This document shows positions 30,726 to 41,905 of a stretch of DNA of 64,000 nt, piece after piece. A model generated the notes under the pieces. That model made no database searches, had not been told where the DNA came from, and saw only the letters and a program-made list of their open reading frames with translations. This DNA is from an uncultured Pseudomonadota bacterium (GTDB lineage: Bacteria; Pseudomonadota; Alphaproteobacteria; RF32; CAG-239), in contig CADBEI010000010.1 of NCBI GenBank assembly GCA_902793695.1, forward strand, positions 15,562 through 79,561, read 5' to 3'. The translations under genes and the position numbers were made by a program. The stretch's first letter is position 1. The number at the start of each line of letters is the position of its first letter.

Positions 30726-31103
30726 GTAGTATGCACATAATATACATTTTATTGATAATGTCAAAATATTTTTTAATATTTTTTATAAATCAAAACCCGC
30801 CAAACATTAACATATGTCCGACTGTCAACAGATGTATTTTGTATAATAGGGTAAATAGGGTAATAAAAGAGAGTGATGTGAATATTAAGTTATTGTAATT
30901 TGTTTGCATTTTAGACTCCAATATATAAAATGTTATATACTTGTAAAACAAAAAAATTAAAAAATCAACTAAATATTTATAAAAAATAAAAATAAATACT
31001 TTTAGTAGGTTTTTTTAAACGTGTAAAATATTTTTTAACAATACTAAAAATTTGTTTTTACGAAAAAAATATGCAAAAACCAATTAAAACTTGTATTAAA
31101 AAA

Positions 31104-31132
31104 TTGACAAGCTAAATTGCAAAATTTATATA
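31104..31132 (+). promoter_or_regulatory. Sigma70-like promoter (TTGACA, 17 nt spacer, TATATA) upstream of the HTH regulator gene
   Basis: Sequence match only, about 30 nt upstream of the ATG, in a 435-bp AT-rich intergenic region. Confidence 0.4.
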
Positions 31133-31164
31133 TGAATATAGTGACTACAATTACGAGGTGAATA

Positions 31165-31668
31165 ATGAAAAAGAAGAAATCCATACGCGGCAGAATAGAT
31201 GACAACGCGCCAAATCCGGTAGATGTTCATGTCGGCAAGCGAATCCGTTTAAGACGCACGATTTTGCATATTACGCAGCAGCAGATGGCGGATATGTTGG
31301 GGTTAACATTCCAACAGGTTCAAAAATATGAAAAAGGAATGAACAGGGTTGGTGCCAGTCGTTTATGGGATATAAGCCGTGTTTTAGAAGTGCCGATGGG
31401 TTTCTTTTTTGAAGATATGGATGATGTTGTGGCCGCACAAAGTCCTCGTATGCTGAATTTGGAGCCGAGTTCATTAAGTGTTTCGGAAAAGCATTTGTCG
31501 TTTGACGAAGATCCGATGAAGCGTGCCGAAACACTGGAGTTAATTCGGGCTTATTATAAAATAACGAATCGAGCCATAGCAAAACAAATGTTTGATTTGA
31601 TGATTGCTTTATCAAAATCAACGGCCGGTTTAATGCGGATGGATGATAAATTGAAAGATGATAAATAA
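31165..31668 (+). CDS. XRE-family helix-turn-helix transcriptional regulator
   Basis: 167 aa. Cro/C1-type HTH LHITQQQMADMLGLTFQQVQKYEKGMNR. Confidence 0.7.
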   Translation: MKKKKSIRGRIDDNAPNPVDVHVGKRIRLRRTILHITQQQMADMLGLTFQQVQKYEKGMNRVGASRLWDISRVLEVPMGFFFEDMDDVVAAQSPRMLNLEPSSLSVSEKHLSFDEDPMKRAETLELIRAYYKITNRAIAKQMFDLMIALSKSTAGLMRMDDKLKDDK

Positions 31669-32395
31669 TCAAAACGAAAAACCGAAGTTTTTCGGCAGAC
31701 GGCAGGGACGAGTAATCCATAAAGCCAAAAGTTTTCTTTTGGATAATTTTTTGCCGCGAATCCGAATTAACAGCGATAAAAAAATAGATTTAAAGCAATG
31801 TTTCGGTCCGGAAAAAGAAGCCTATGCTTTGGAAATAGGTTTTGGTGACGGCGATCATTTGGCAGCGCTGTCGGCACGAATGCCGAATATCGGTTTTATT
31901 GGGGTTGAAGTGTATCGTAACGGGGTGGCAAATCTGTTATCGCTGATTACCGGCTTAAAAGACGGGCGTGAAGAAGATTTGGCTCAAGAAGTCAAATTGC
32001 TTGCCGGCAGAGTTGACAATGTCAGAGTTTATGATGACGATGTGCGGCTTTTGTTTGCGGCGCTGCCTGATGCCTGTTTTGATAGAATATATCTGCTGTT
32101 TCCGGATCCGTGGCCGAAAAGTCGCCACGCCGAACGGCGCTTCATTAATCCGGATAATTTAAAGGAATTGGCGCGATTGCTGAAAAAAGGTGGAATTTTG
32201 CAAGTTGCGACCGACCATCCGATTTATAAAAAATGGACTCTGGATACAATGCACAAAAACAAAGATTTTCGCTGGACAGCCGAAACCTCGGACGACTGGC
32301 GGAATCCTCCGGCAGATTGGGCGGAAACAAAATATCAGCGCAAGGCTGTCAGAGAAGGGCGCAGACCGGTGTTTTTCGAGTTTGAAAGAATATAA
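31658..32395 (+). CDS. trmB: tRNA (guanine46-N7)-methyltransferase
   Basis: 245 aa. SAM motif EIGFGDG and FPDPWPK. Confidence 0.85.
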   Translation: MINNQNEKPKFFGRRQGRVIHKAKSFLLDNFLPRIRINSDKKIDLKQCFGPEKEAYALEIGFGDGDHLAALSARMPNIGFIGVEVYRNGVANLLSLITGLKDGREEDLAQEVKLLAGRVDNVRVYDDDVRLLFAALPDACFDRIYLLFPDPWPKSRHAERRFINPDNLKELARLLKKGGILQVATDHPIYKKWTLDTMHKNKDFRWTAETSDDWRNPPADWAETKYQRKAVREGRRPVFFEFERI

Positions 32396-32399
32396 AAAA

Positions 32400-32675
32400 T
32401 CAAAGTAACTCTTTTAAGGTTTCTTCGACCGAATCGGAATATTTATGCGATTGCGGTTTACTTTTTAAATAATAGTAGTTTAGCGAAAACAAGCGAATAG
32501 CCGGTGTCATACCGAGACAAGAACTGCGGTTATCTTGGATTTTTTCAAACAAAGCCTTGCGTTTGAGTTTTTCCGTATAACATATTTCATCAATAATTTT
32601 CCATTCTATATCAGTCAGGCGCATACTGGTTTTTCTATCATAAACGGAAACAATTTTATTTATATGTTTAAGCAT
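32400..32675 (-). CDS. Hypothetical 91-aa protein (possible RHH-like small regulator)
   Basis: ORF only. N-terminal LTDIEWKIIDEICYTEKLKRKAL. Confidence 0.4.
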   Translation of the reverse strand: MLKHINKIVSVYDRKTSMRLTDIEWKIIDEICYTEKLKRKALFEKIQDNRSSCLGMTPAIRLFSLNYYYLKSKPQSHKYSDSVEETLKELL

Positions 32676-32879
32676 AATATCCTCTCCGGTTGTTTTTTTA
32701 TAAAATATAAATCATTAAATGTGTTGTTTCAATTAAAAAGATAAAAAATAAACAATTTAAACCCGTAATTATGAGAAAAATAGATATTTGAATTTGTGGA
32801 AAACAGAATCGTTGAATGAAATTTTGACTCGATTTTGACTCAAAGACAAATCTGTCGTTTTTTTAAAATTTTTTTAATT

Positions 32880-33078
32880 TTTTGCTTGCATTTGTGTTTT
32901 TGTTATGTTATAAGCGCGCTACAACAATTGTTTTGAGAGGGTTTACCTCGCAGCGAAGCAAATATAAAATATAGCGCAAACCTTTGTTGCGAAAGCGTTT
33001 GCAAAGATTAACAAATTTTAGATAGCAGGGAATTCCTTGTTGGTTTTTTTTGCTGTTTAGTTATAGGAAAAGTATAAA
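32880..33078 (+). promoter_or_regulatory. S10-operon promoter and leader region with hairpins
   Basis: TTGCAT, 17 nt spacer, TATAAG at 32886-32914. The GC-rich hairpin gcaaacctttgttgcgaaagcgtttgc lies upstream of rpsJ. Its position is analogous to the L4-regulated S10 leader. Confidence 0.3.
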
Positions 33079-33387
33079 ATGGAAACACAAAATATACGAA
33101 TTCGCCTGAAGGCTTTTGACCACAGACTGCTCGACCTTTCCACCACGGAAATCGTGCATACCGCCAAAAGAACAGGCGCAAGCGTCAGAGGTCCGATACC
33201 TCTGCCTAACAAAATCGAAAAGTTTACGGTAAATCGTTCGCCGCACGTTGATAAAAAGTCTCGTGAACAGTTCGAAATCCGTACACACAAAAGACTTTTG
33301 GATATTGTTAACCCGACACCGCAAACCGTTGATGCTTTGATGAAGCTTGATTTGGCTGCCGGTGTAAATGTTGAAATAAAATTGTAA
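33079..33387 (+). CDS. rpsJ: 30S ribosomal protein S10
   Basis: 102 aa with conserved S10 sequence. Confidence 0.95.
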   Translation: METQNIRIRLKAFDHRLLDLSTTEIVHTAKRTGASVRGPIPLPNKIEKFTVNRSPHVDKKSREQFEIRTHKRLLDIVNPTPQTVDALMKLDLAAGVNVEIKL

Positions 33388-33442
33388 TTAATGTTGGCGC
33401 CTTATAAAGGTTGTCAACCTATTAAGAAAAGGAAAAATAATA

Positions 33443-34165
33443 ATGCGTACTGGTCTAATCGCAAAAAAATTAGGAATGTCCCGCATTTTTCAGGCCGACG
33501 GAACTCATGTTCCTGTTACGGTTTTGAGTGTTGAAGGTTTGCAGGTGGTTAATGTAAAGACTGCCGAAAAGGACGGATACAACGCTGTACAATTGGGTAC
33601 CGGCGCCGTAAAAGCCAAGAATGTAAGCAAGCCGCTCAAGGGATATTTCGCCAAGGCTAAAGTTGAACCGAAAAAGAAGTTGTGGGAATTCAGAGTTTCT
33701 GATGACTGCTTATTAAATGTCGGTTCGGAATTGTCGGTTGAACACTTCGTTCCGGGACAATATGTTGACGTATGCGCCACCTCAAACGGTAAAGGCTTTG
33801 CCGGCGTAATGAAGCGTTACAATTTTGCCGGTTTGGAAGCAACGCACGGTGTATCTATTTCTCACCGTTCGCACGGTTCTACCGGTCAAAGACAAGATCC
33901 GGGTAAAGTTTTCAAAGGTAAGAAAATGGCCGGACATATGGGTGCTGAGCGCGTTACCGTTCAAAACCTCAAAGTTGTTTCGGTTGATTCTGCCAGAGGC
34001 TTGATTATGGTTAAAGGTGGTGTTCCGGGCTGTGAAAACGCATGGGTAAGAATTACCGATGCCGTTAAAAAGCCGGCTACCGTTGCTTTACCGATGCCTG
34101 CCGGATTGAAAAAAGTTGATGAACCTGTTGTGACGGCTGAAGTTTCGGCTGAGAATGCAGAATAG
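33443..34165 (+). CDS. rplC: 50S ribosomal protein L3
   Basis: 240 aa, [16 protein letters not shown].... Confidence 0.95.
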   Translation: MRTGLIAKKLGMSRIFQADGTHVPVTVLSVEGLQVVNVKTAEKDGYNAVQLGTGAVKAKNVSKPLKGYFAKAKVEPKKKLWEFRVSDDCLLNVGSELSVEHFVPGQYVDVCATSNGKGFAGVMKRYNFAGLEATHGVSISHRSHGSTGQRQDPGKVFKGKKMAGHMGAERVTVQNLKVVSVDSARGLIMVKGGVPGCENAWVRITDAVKKPATVALPMPAGLKKVDEPVVTAEVSAENAE

Positions 34166-34180
34166 TTTAAGGATAAAGAA

Positions 34181-34804
34181 ATGAAACAGGACATCTTAAA
34201 TTTAGAAAATAAAAATGTCGGTTCCATCGAACTGAACGACTCGATTTACGGTTTGGAAGTTCGTTCCGATATTTTACAACGCGTTGTAACTTGGCAGTTA
34301 GCGAGATTACAAAGCGGCAATCACGCTACCAAAGGTCGCTCCGATGTAGCTTTGACGCCGTCCAAGCCGTTCAAACAGAAAGGTTCGGGTAACGCACGTC
34401 AGGGTTCCAGAAAAGGTGCTCAATTCCGTAAGGGTGGTGTGGTATTTGGTCCGATTGTGAGAGATCACTCTTTTGATTTGACCAAGAAATTCAGAAAACT
34501 CGGTCTGAAGACCGCTCTTTCCGCGAAAGCGAAAGAAGGTAATCTTATCGTTATTGATGAAGCAAAGTTGTCAGCTCCTAAAACAAGTGATTTGAAAGCA
34601 AAATTGAGTGCTTGCGGATTGACAAACTGCCTTATTATTGACGGTAAGGAAGTAGATGTTAATTTTGCGTTGGCCAGCCGCAATATCGAAGGAATCGATA
34701 TTCTTCCGACAATCGGTGCCAATGTATACGACATCTTAAAGAAGGACAAATTGGTATTAACAAAAGATGCAGTAAGTTGCTTAGAGGAGAGATTAAATGG
34801 CTAA
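34181..34804 (+). CDS. rplD: 50S ribosomal protein L4
   Basis: 207 aa. Confidence 0.95.
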   Translation: MKQDILNLENKNVGSIELNDSIYGLEVRSDILQRVVTWQLARLQSGNHATKGRSDVALTPSKPFKQKGSGNARQGSRKGAQFRKGGVVFGPIVRDHSFDLTKKFRKLGLKTALSAKAKEGNLIVIDEAKLSAPKTSDLKAKLSACGLTNCLIIDGKEVDVNFALASRNIEGIDILPTIGANVYDILKKDKLVLTKDAVSCLEERLNG

Positions 34805-35064
34805 GAACAAATCAAACAATGTAACTGCAGCAATGTATGATACATTGGTTCGTCCGGTAATTACCGAAAAATCTATGGTTTCAAGAAAGCGTTAAAGCTG
34901 CCGTTGAAGCAATTTTTAACGTAAAAGTTACCAAGGTAAATACCATTAAACAGTTTGGTAAGGCTAAGAGCTTCAGAGGTCATATCGGTCATCGTTCTGA
35001 CTATAAGAAAGCTATCATTACCCTTGCCGATGGTCAAAACATTGATGTTACAACAGGAATTTAA
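34797..35064 (+). pseudogene. rplW: 50S ribosomal protein L23 gene interrupted. Codons 1-32 (to the stop at 34893-34895) are in one frame. The conserved C-terminal 58 codons ([16 protein letters not shown]...[15 protein letters not shown]) are in the +1 frame. About 15 central residues are missing.
   Basis: Translation of both frames. Comparison with the typical L23 length (about 95-100 aa) and the conserved ITEK...KAAVE spacing implies a deletion of about 44 nt near 34885. Confidence 0.7.
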
Positions 35065-35066
35065 TC

Positions 35067-35900
35067 ATGGCTTTGAATACATATAAGCCCACATCTGCAG
35101 GACGTCGCCAACTGATTCTCGTTGATAAAAGCGAGTTATATAAGGGCAAGCCTGAAAAGAGTTTAACGAAAGGTATTTCGAAAACCGGTGGGCGTGATAA
35201 CTACGGACACGTTACAAGTCGTCGTATCGGTGGCGGTCATAAACGCAGCTATCGTATGATTGACTTTAAACGTAATAAATTTGATTGTGAGGCAACAGTC
35301 GAGAGAATCGAGTATGATCCGAATCGTACGGCATTTATCGCTTTAATCAGCTACAGTGACGGCGAAAAGGCTTATATTTTGGCTCCGCAAAGACTGAAAT
35401 CCGGCGATAAAGTAATTTCTGCTTCTAAGGCAGATATTAAGCCGGGTAATGCAATGCCTTTAAAGAATATGCCGGTTGGTACGATTGTACACAACATTGA
35501 GCTCAAAGCGGGCAAAGGCGGCCAGTTGGTACGTTCTGCCGGTTGCTATGCGCAAGTTGTTGGTAAAGATGCCGGTTATGTTCAATTGAAGTTGAATTCC
35601 GGCGAACTGCGTATGGTTCGTGAGGAATGTTTGGCGACGGTTGGTGCCGTTTCCAATCCGGATAACCAAAACATATCTCTTGGTAAGGCCGGTCGTAATC
35701 GTTGGCTCGGAAACCGTCCGGTTTCCCGTGGTGTAGCGATGAACCCGGTTGATCACCCGCTCGGCGGTGGTGAAGGCCGTACATCCGGCGGTCGCCATCC
35801 GGTTACTCCGTGGGGTAAACCGACTAAGGGTGCCAAGACTCGTTCTAACAAGAAGACAGATCGCTTTATTATGAGATCTCGTCATGATAACAAGAATTAA
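35067..35900 (+). CDS. rplB: 50S ribosomal protein L2
   Basis: 277 aa. Confidence 0.95.
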   Translation: MALNTYKPTSAGRRQLILVDKSELYKGKPEKSLTKGISKTGGRDNYGHVTSRRIGGGHKRSYRMIDFKRNKFDCEATVERIEYDPNRTAFIALISYSDGEKAYILAPQRLKSGDKVISASKADIKPGNAMPLKNMPVGTIVHNIELKAGKGGQLVRSAGCYAQVVGKDAGYVQLKLNSGELRMVREECLATVGAVSNPDNQNISLGKAGRNRWLGNRPVSRGVAMNPVDHPLGGGEGRTSGGRHPVTPWGKPTKGAKTRSNKKTDRFIMRSRHDNKN

Positions 35901-35915
35901 TAAGGAGAAAAGCTA

Positions 35916-36191
35916 ATGACTCGTTCTGTATGGAAAGGACCTTTTGTTGATGGCTATCTCTTGAAGAAAGCTGACGCTGCTAGAAATTCTAGCCGTAATG
36001 AAGTGATTAAAATTTGGTCTCGTCGTTCTACCATGTTGCCGCAATTTGTCGGTTTAACATTCGGTGTTCACAACGGTCACAAATTTATTCCGGTATTGGT
36101 AACCGAAGATATGGTTGGCCACAAGTTCGGTGAATTTGCTCCGACTCGTACCTTCTACGGTCACACCAAAGAAACTGCGAAGAGAGGTTAA
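35916..36191 (+). CDS. rpsS: 30S ribosomal protein S19
   Basis: 91 aa. Confidence 0.95.
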   Translation: MTRSVWKGPFVDGYLLKKADAARNSSRNEVIKIWSRRSTMLPQFVGLTFGVHNGHKFIPVLVTEDMVGHKFGEFAPTRTFYGHTKETAKRG

Positions 36192-36193
36192 TT

Positions 36194-36550
36194 ATGGCTG
36201 AGAATACTATTAAACAAGCAAAGGCAGTTTGCCGTTCAATCAGAACCAGTTCACGCAAGTTGAACTTGGTAGCGCAAACCATTCGCGGTTTGAAGGCTGA
36301 AAAAGCGGTTGCCGAATTAAGCTTCTCTAAAAAGAGAATCGCAAAAGTAGCTTTGGAATTGTTGCAATCTGCAATTTCCAATGCTGAAAATAACCACAAT
36401 CTCAATATTGACAAGCTCGTAGTAAGCGAAGCTTATGTCGGTAAAGGAATTGTAATGAAAAGAATGAATGCTCGTGGTCGCGGTAGAAGCGCTCGTATTT
36501 TGAAGCCGTTTTCTTCAATGACCATCGTTGTTTCGGAGCGTGGGGAGTAA
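36194..36550 (+). CDS. rplV: 50S ribosomal protein L22
   Basis: 118 aa. Confidence 0.95.
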   Translation: MAENTIKQAKAVCRSIRTSSRKLNLVAQTIRGLKAEKAVAELSFSKKRIAKVALELLQSAISNAENNHNLNIDKLVVSEAYVGKGIVMKRMNARGRGRSARILKPFSSMTIVVSERGE

Positions 36551-36554
36551 ATAA

Positions 36555-37226
36555 ATGGGACAGAAAGTTAATCCTACCAGTCTTCGTTTAGGTGTAAATC
36601 GCACTTGGGACTCTCGTTGGTATGCTGAAAATGATAAGTTTACCGACTATCTCCACGAAGATCTGAAAATCAAAAAATTCTTGAATGAAAAGTTGGCTCA
36701 GGCCGGTATCAGCCAAATCGTTATCGAACGTTCGGCCAAAAAGGCAAGAGTTACAATTCATTCGGCCAGACCGGGTGTTGTAATTGGCAAAAAAGGTCAG
36801 GATATCGAGAATGTAAGAAAAGACATTCAAAAATTGACTGATTCGGAAGTTCAATTAAACATCGTTGAAGTAAGAAAACCGGAGCTGGATGCCAAGTTGG
36901 TTGCTGATTCCGTGGCACAACAGTTGGAACGCCGTGTGGCTTTCCGTCGTGCCATGAAAAGAGTTATGCAGTCTGCTTTGCGTTTGGGTGCTGAAGGTAT
37001 CAAAGTAAGCTGCAGCGGTCGTTTGGGTGGCGCAGAAATCGCCAGAACCGAATACTACCGTGAAGGCCGCGTGCCTTTGCACACATTGCGTGCGGATATT
37101 GACTATGCAACCTCAACAGCTCATACAACTTATGGTGCTTGCGGCGTAAAAGTATGGATCTACAAGGGCGAAATCATGAGCCACGATCCGATGGCGCAAG
37201 ACAAGAAGTTGACTGAACAAAAGTAA
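36555..37226 (+). CDS. rpsC: 30S ribosomal protein S3
   Basis: 223 aa, KH domain. Confidence 0.95.
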   Translation: MGQKVNPTSLRLGVNRTWDSRWYAENDKFTDYLHEDLKIKKFLNEKLAQAGISQIVIERSAKKARVTIHSARPGVVIGKKGQDIENVRKDIQKLTDSEVQLNIVEVRKPELDAKLVADSVAQQLERRVAFRRAMKRVMQSALRLGAEGIKVSCSGRLGGAEIARTEYYREGRVPLHTLRADIDYATSTAHTTYGACGVKVWIYKGEIMSHDPMAQDKKLTEQK

Positions 37227-37244
37227 TAACGCGAGGTTAGAGAA

Positions 37245-37679
37245 ATGTTAAGTCCAAAACGTTTGAAATTCCACAAGCAGCATAAAGGTCGTATTCACGG
37301 CATGGCTAAAGGTGGTTCAGAATTAAATTTCGGTTTATACGGTTTGAAGGCTCTGACTCCTGACCGTGTGACGGCACGTCAAATCGAGGCAGCTCGTCGT
37401 GCGATTACACGTCAGATGCAGAGAGCAGGAAAACTGTGGATCAGAATTTTCCCGGATGTACCGGTATCGGATAAACCGGCCGAAGTACGTATGGGTAAAG
37501 GTAAGGGTGCTATCGAATTTTGGGTAGCCAGAGTTAAACCGGGTCGCATTATGTTTGAAATTACGGGTGTTTCGGAAGAAATCGCTCGCAGAGCTTTTGA
37601 ACTGGGCGCCGCAAAATTGCCGGTTAAGTGCAAATTTGTAAAGCGTTTGAACTCTGATATCGTTAAAGGAGACGCATAA
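37245..37679 (+). CDS. rplP: 50S ribosomal protein L16
   Basis: 144 aa, [16 protein letters not shown]. Confidence 0.95.
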   Translation: MLSPKRLKFHKQHKGRIHGMAKGGSELNFGLYGLKALTPDRVTARQIEAARRAITRQMQRAGKLWIRIFPDVPVSDKPAEVRMGKGKGAIEFWVARVKPGRIMFEITGVSEEIARRAFELGAAKLPVKCKFVKRLNSDIVKGDA

Positions 37680-37876
37680 TGGTTAAAACAAAAGATTTAC
37701 GCGCTATGACGATTGATGAATTGGAAAGCAAGTTAGTAGAATGCAAAAAAGAGCAGGCTAATTTGCGTATTCAACAATCAACCGGTCAACTTGAGAATGT
37801 TTCCAACATTCGCAAAGTTCGTCGTGATGTAGCCAAAATCAACACGCTCATTACTGAGCGCAAGAAGAATAGTTAG
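37679..37876 (+). CDS. rpmC: 50S ribosomal protein L29
   Basis: 65 aa. Confidence 0.9.
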   Translation: MVKTKDLRAMTIDELESKLVECKKEQANLRIQQSTGQLENVSNIRKVRRDVAKINTLITERKKNS

Positions 37877-37886
37877 GAGAAAGAAT

Positions 37887-38126
37887 ATGCCTAAGAGAAT
37901 TCTTCAAGGTGTTGTTGTTAGTGATAAACAGGATAAAACTGTCGTGGTCAGTGTAGAGCGTCAGGTTATGCATCCGGTTTACAAAAAATTCGTGAAGAAG
38001 AGTAAAAAATTTGCCGCTCACGATGAAAACAATCAGTACAAGGTTGGGGATCAGGTTTCTATTGAAGAATGCCGTCCGATTTCCAAGAATAAATCTTGGA
38101 CTGTAATTTCGTCTGATAACGCCTAA
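37887..38126 (+). CDS. rpsQ: 30S ribosomal protein S17
   Basis: 79 aa. Confidence 0.95.
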   Translation: MPKRILQGVVVSDKQDKTVVVSVERQVMHPVYKKFVKKSKKFAAHDENNQYKVGDQVSIEECRPISKNKSWTVISSDNA

Positions 38127-38145
38127 GATATGAAGGAATAAAAAA

Positions 38146-38514
38146 ATGATACAAATGCAAACCAACCTCGATGTTGCTGATAATTCAGGCGCACGTCAGG
38201 TGCAGTGCATCAAGGTTCTTGGTGGTTCCAAGAGAAAAACGGCTTCTGTGGGTGATGTCATTGTTGTAGCAATACAAGATGCGTTGCCGAGAGGACACGT
38301 TAAAAAAGGCGATGTGTATAAAGCTGTTATCGTGAGAACGGCCAGCGATATTCGTCGCAAGGACGGAAGTGTAATCCGTTTTGACAGTAACGCCGCAGTT
38401 TTAATCAATAAAGACGGTGAGCCGATCGGTACTCGTATCTTCGGCCCTGTTACGAGAGAATTGCGTGCAAAGAAATTTATGAAAATCATTTCATTAGCAC
38501 CGGAGGTATTGTAA
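38146..38514 (+). CDS. rplN: 50S ribosomal protein L14
   Basis: 122 aa. Confidence 0.95.
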   Translation: MIQMQTNLDVADNSGARQVQCIKVLGGSKRKTASVGDVIVVAIQDALPRGHVKKGDVYKAVIVRTASDIRRKDGSVIRFDSNAAVLINKDGEPIGTRIFGPVTRELRAKKFMKIISLAPEVL

Positions 38515-38822
38515 TGCCTAAAATGAAAATTAAAAAGAACGATACGGTTATCATTTTGTCGGGTGACGACAAGGGTAAAACCGGCGTTGTAAAAAAAGCA
38601 CTTCCGAGAGAAAGCAAGGTTGTTGTTGAAGGTTTGAATATGGTAAAGCGCCACACCAAACCGTCGCAAACGACTCCGGGCGGAATTATCTCGAAAGAAG
38701 CAGCAATTCACGTTTCCAATGTTGCCATTGTTAAAGAAGGTAAGGCAACCAAAGTCGGCTACAAAACAGTAGACGGTAAGAAGGTTCGTGTTGCTCGCAA
38801 AACCGGTGATGTAATCGATTAA
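38514..38822 (+). CDS. rplX: 50S ribosomal protein L24
   Basis: 102 aa. Confidence 0.95.
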   Translation: MPKMKIKKNDTVIILSGDDKGKTGVVKKALPRESKVVVEGLNMVKRHTKPSQTTPGGIISKEAAIHVSNVAIVKEGKATKVGYKTVDGKKVRVARKTGDVID

Positions 38823-38836
38823 TGGGAGAAAATTTT

Positions 38837-39376
38837 ATGACAAACTATGAAAATTTATACAACAACGTCATAAAGAAATCTCTTGTGGAAAAATTCGGTT
38901 ACAAAAATCCACATGAGGTTCCGAAGCTGACGAAAATTGTTTTGAATATGGGTGTCGGCGATGCCGTTACCGATAAGAAAAAAGTAACATCTGCTATGGA
39001 AGAATTGGCCGCTATTTCCGGTCAACAGCCGGTTATGACCAAGGCTCGCAAATCCATCGCTACCTTTAAGGTACGTGAAGGTATGCCTATCGGTTGCAAG
39101 GTGACTCTGCGTTCTGCCAGAATGTATGAGTTCTTGGAAAGACTGGTTAACATGGCGTTGCCGCGAATCCGCGACTTCCATGGTATTACCGGTAAAAACT
39201 TCGATGGCAAAGGTAACTTCGCTTTCGGTATTAAGGAACAAATCATTTTCCCTGAAATCAACTACGAAAAGGTAGATGAAGTCAGAGGTCTTGATATTGT
39301 TATTTGCACAACTGCCAAGACAGACGAAGAAGCAAAGTTTCTGCTGACCTCGTTTAACTTGCCTTACAAGAAATAA
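38837..39376 (+). CDS. rplE: 50S ribosomal protein L5
   Basis: The ATG at 38837 has a GGAGA RBS. The upstream in-frame ATG at 38822 lacks an RBS. Confidence 0.9.
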   Translation: MTNYENLYNNVIKKSLVEKFGYKNPHEVPKLTKIVLNMGVGDAVTDKKKVTSAMEELAAISGQQPVMTKARKSIATFKVREGMPIGCKVTLRSARMYEFLERLVNMALPRIRDFHGITGKNFDGKGNFAFGIKEQIIFPEINYEKVDEVRGLDIVICTTAKTDEEAKFLLTSFNLPYKK

Positions 39377-39390
39377 GCGGAGATTTTACT

Positions 39391-39696
39391 ATGTCAAAAA
39401 CAAGTTCGGTATATAGAAACTTGAAAAGAGTTAAGATGGCTGCTAAGTATTCGAACCGCCGTCAAAAACAAAAAGCAATCATGATGGATAAGAATGCAAC
39501 TCCGGAAGAGAGAATGCAAGCTCAGTTTGCTTTGCAAAAATTCCCGAAGAATTCTGCAAAATGCCGTATTCGCAATCGTTGCAGAATCACGGGACGTTCA
39601 CGTAGTTATTACAGAAAGTTCGGTTTAAGCCGTGTTGAATTGAGAGATTTGGCAAGCTTTGGCGAAATTCCTGGTTTAGTAAAATCAAGCTGGTAA
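39391..39696 (+). CDS. rpsN: 30S ribosomal protein S14 (long, non-zinc type)
   Basis: 101 aa. Confidence 0.95.
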   Translation: MSKTSSVYRNLKRVKMAAKYSNRRQKQKAIMMDKNATPEERMQAQFALQKFPKNSAKCRIRNRCRITGRSRSYYRKFGLSRVELRDLASFGEIPGLVKSSW

Positions 39697-39710
39697 GGAG
39701 GGAAGATATC

Positions 39711-40109
39711 ATGTCTATGAGTGATCCTTTGGGCGATATGCTCACACGCATCAGAAACGCACAAAGAGCGAAAAAGAGTGACGTTGTATCACCTGCTTCT
39801 CGCTTGCGTGAAAGTGTGTTGGAAGTTTTGAAACGCGAAGGTTACATTGAAGGTTTTGAAAAAAGCAATGTACGTCCTGGTGTTGATGAACTTCGTATTC
39901 AATTAAAGTACCATGAAGGTGCTGCTGTTATTACAAAAATTTACCGCGTTTCGACTCCGGGCCGTCGCGTTTATTCAAGCGTGAAGGATTTGCCGAGAGT
40001 TTACAACGGCTTGGGTATTTCCATCATTTCTACTCCGCAAGGTGTTATGAGTGATAATGAAGCCCGCAAAGCCAATGTCGGCGGCGAAGTTTTGTGCCAA
40101 GTGTTCTAA
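39711..40109 (+). CDS. rpsH: 30S ribosomal protein S8
   Basis: 132 aa. Confidence 0.95.
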   Translation: MSMSDPLGDMLTRIRNAQRAKKSDVVSPASRLRESVLEVLKREGYIEGFEKSNVRPGVDELRIQLKYHEGAAVITKIYRVSTPGRRVYSSVKDLPRVYNGLGISIISTPQGVMSDNEARKANVGGEVLCQVF

Positions 40110-40120
40110 GGAGGTAGGAA

Positions 40121-40657
40121 ATGTCAAGAGTTGGTAAATATCCAGTTGTTGTTCCTGCCGGTGTAGAACTGAGCATCAATAACAATACGGTTGTGGCAAA
40201 AGGAAAGTTGGGCGAATTGTCCTATTCTTTTGATGACAGCCACGTTGCAACAAAATTTGAAGACGGTAAAGTGACGGTTTCACCGTTGTCTCAAAGTAAT
40301 GCAGCCAGAGCTTTGTGGGGTACAACCCGCGCTCGCATTAATGAGATGATTAAAGGTGTAAGCGAAGGCTTTACAAAAGATATGGAATTGGTCGGCGTCG
40401 GTTATAAGGCGCGTGTTGAAGGTAAGAACCTGATTTTGTCTTTGGGTTTTTCGCATGAAGTTACTTTTCCGGCTCCGGAAGGTATTAAAATTTCCTGCGC
40501 ATCTCCGACACAAATTTCAATCTTTGGTGCAGACAAACAAAAAGTTGGCCAAGTTGCGGCAGAAATTCGTAAATATAGAAAACCTGAACCGTATAAAGGT
40601 AAGGGCGTAAAATATACCAACGAATATGTACGTCGTAAAGAAGGCAAGAAGAAATAA
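40121..40657 (+). CDS. rplF: 50S ribosomal protein L6
   Basis: 178 aa. Confidence 0.95.
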   Translation: MSRVGKYPVVVPAGVELSINNNTVVAKGKLGELSYSFDDSHVATKFEDGKVTVSPLSQSNAARALWGTTRARINEMIKGVSEGFTKDMELVGVGYKARVEGKNLILSLGFSHEVTFPAPEGIKISCASPTQISIFGADKQKVGQVAAEIRKYRKPEPYKGKGVKYTNEYVRRKEGKKK

Positions 40658-40668
40658 GGAATAAGTCG

Positions 40669-41031
40669 ATGAATACACCAAAAAAATTGTTTGAAAGAAG
40701 ACAAGCTCGTGTAAGATACGCTTTGAAAAACGCCGCCAACGGCAAATTAAGATTGTCGGTTTTCCGCAGCGGTAAGCATATCTATGCACAAATCATTGAC
40801 GATGTAAAAGGTTTGACAGTTGCTTCTGCATCTACCTTGGATAAGGAAATCAGAGGACAAATTAAAAAATCTTCTACGGTTGAAGCCGCTGGCTTCATTG
40901 GTAAAGTAATTGCTGAAAGAGCTACAAAATCCGGTATTTCCGAAGTGGTATTTGACCGCGGCGGTTATATCTATCACGGTCGGGTTAAGGCCTTGGCCGA
41001 GGCAGCTCGCGAAGCCGGTTTGAAATTCTAG
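40669..41031 (+). CDS. rplR: 50S ribosomal protein L18
   Basis: 120 aa. Confidence 0.95.
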   Translation: MNTPKKLFERRQARVRYALKNAANGKLRLSVFRSGKHIYAQIIDDVKGLTVASASTLDKEIRGQIKKSSTVEAAGFIGKVIAERATKSGISEVVFDRGGYIYHGRVKALAEAAREAGLKF

Positions 41032-41034
41032 GAG

Positions 41035-41601
41035 ATGAAGATGGTACAATCTACAGATCGTCATAACAAAAAAGAAGTGAAAGATGAGTTGGTCGAAAGA
41101 CTGGTTCACGTTAACCGTGTAGCTAAAACCGTTAAAGGCGGACGCACCATGAGTTTCGCCGCGGTTGTGGTTGTGGGTGACCAAAAGGGTCGTATCGGTT
41201 TGGGTACCGGTAAGGCTGCGGAAGTTCCGGAAGCAATCACCAAGGCTACAAACGAAGCAAGAAAGAATATGATTCGTATTCCGTTGCGCGAAGGCAGAAC
41301 TCTGCACCACGATATTTCCGGTCGTTTCGGCGCCGGTAAGGTGGTTTTGAGAACAGCTCCTGCCGGTACCGGTGTTATTGCCGGCGGCCCGATGCGTGCT
41401 GTTTTTGAAGTTTTGGGTGTGCAAGATGTGGTTGCCAAATCATTGGGTTCCAATAACCCGTACAATATGATTAAAGCAACTTTCGATGCTTTGAAGGGTA
41501 TTAACTCACCGAGAATGGTTGCGGCAAAACGCGGCAAAAAAGTCGGTGATATTGTCAGCCGCCGTGAAGGTATGGCCAAAGACGTTAAAGAGGAGGCTTA
41601 A
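41035..41601 (+). CDS. rpsE: 30S ribosomal protein S5
   Basis: 188 aa. Confidence 0.95.
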   Translation: MKMVQSTDRHNKKEVKDELVERLVHVNRVAKTVKGGRTMSFAAVVVVGDQKGRIGLGTGKAAEVPEAITKATNEARKNMIRIPLREGRTLHHDISGRFGAGKVVLRTAPAGTGVIAGGPMRAVFEVLGVQDVVAKSLGSNNPYNMIKATFDALKGINSPRMVAAKRGKKVGDIVSRREGMAKDVKEEA

Positions 41602-41603
41602 TC

Positions 41604-41792
41604 ATGGCAACTAAAAAGAAGACAATAAAAGTTACCAGAACAGGTAGCACAATCGGACGCCCGACTTATCAGGAAACAAACCTGAGAGGTTTGGGATTAA
41701 CCAAAACCGGTCGCACCGTTGAGCTCGAGGATACTCCGGCAATACGCGGGATGATTAAGAAGGTGGCTCACTTGGTCAAGGTTGAAGAATAA
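41604..41792 (+). CDS. rpmD: 50S ribosomal protein L30
   Basis: 62 aa. Confidence 0.9.
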   Translation: MATKKKTIKVTRTGSTIGRPTYQETNLRGLGLTKTGRTVELEDTPAIRGMIKKVAHLVKVEE

Positions 41793-41796
41793 GATT

Positions 41797-41905
41797 TGGG
41801 GAGAGTGCCAAGAGATTATCATACTTGCAAATTTCTTCCTTGTGTAGCGTTTTGTACACGGCGTCAGAAATTAACTGCGTAGCATAATCTCTTATCCCTC
41901 TCTTT
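41797..41905. repeat. Palindromic (MITE or RPE-like) element of about 110 bp inserted between rpmD and rplO, flanked by a 7-bp direct repeat AAGATTT
   Basis: Imperfect inverted arms ggggagagtgccaagagattatcat and atgataatctcttatccctctc. A 153-bp gap separates genes that are normally adjacent. aagattt occurs at 41791-41797 and again at 41907-41913. Confidence 0.45.

Larger units (their letters stand above)
30557..30727. repeat. Tandem 77-bp direct repeat (2 copies, about 94% identity, 17-bp spacer) corresponding to the duplicated tRNA-Val genes
   Basis: tggtagtcccgagcagagttgaactgctgac... occurs at 30557 and again at 30651. Confidence 0.85.

Noticed and set aside
30557-30727. Possible CRISPR-like array (77-bp direct repeats with a short spacer)
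   Set aside because: There are only two copies. The repeat folds into a canonical cloverleaf with a CCA end. These are duplicated tRNA-Val genes, not CRISPR repeats, and there are no cas genes.
35460-35885. 141-aa minus-strand ORF inside rplB, and similar ORFs in rplC and rplD
   Set aside because: These are antisense shadow ORFs within conserved ribosomal protein genes.
40747-41424. 225-aa minus-strand ORF
   Set aside because: It is antisense to rplR and rpsE inside the ribosomal operon. Its composition is a mirror of the sense genes.
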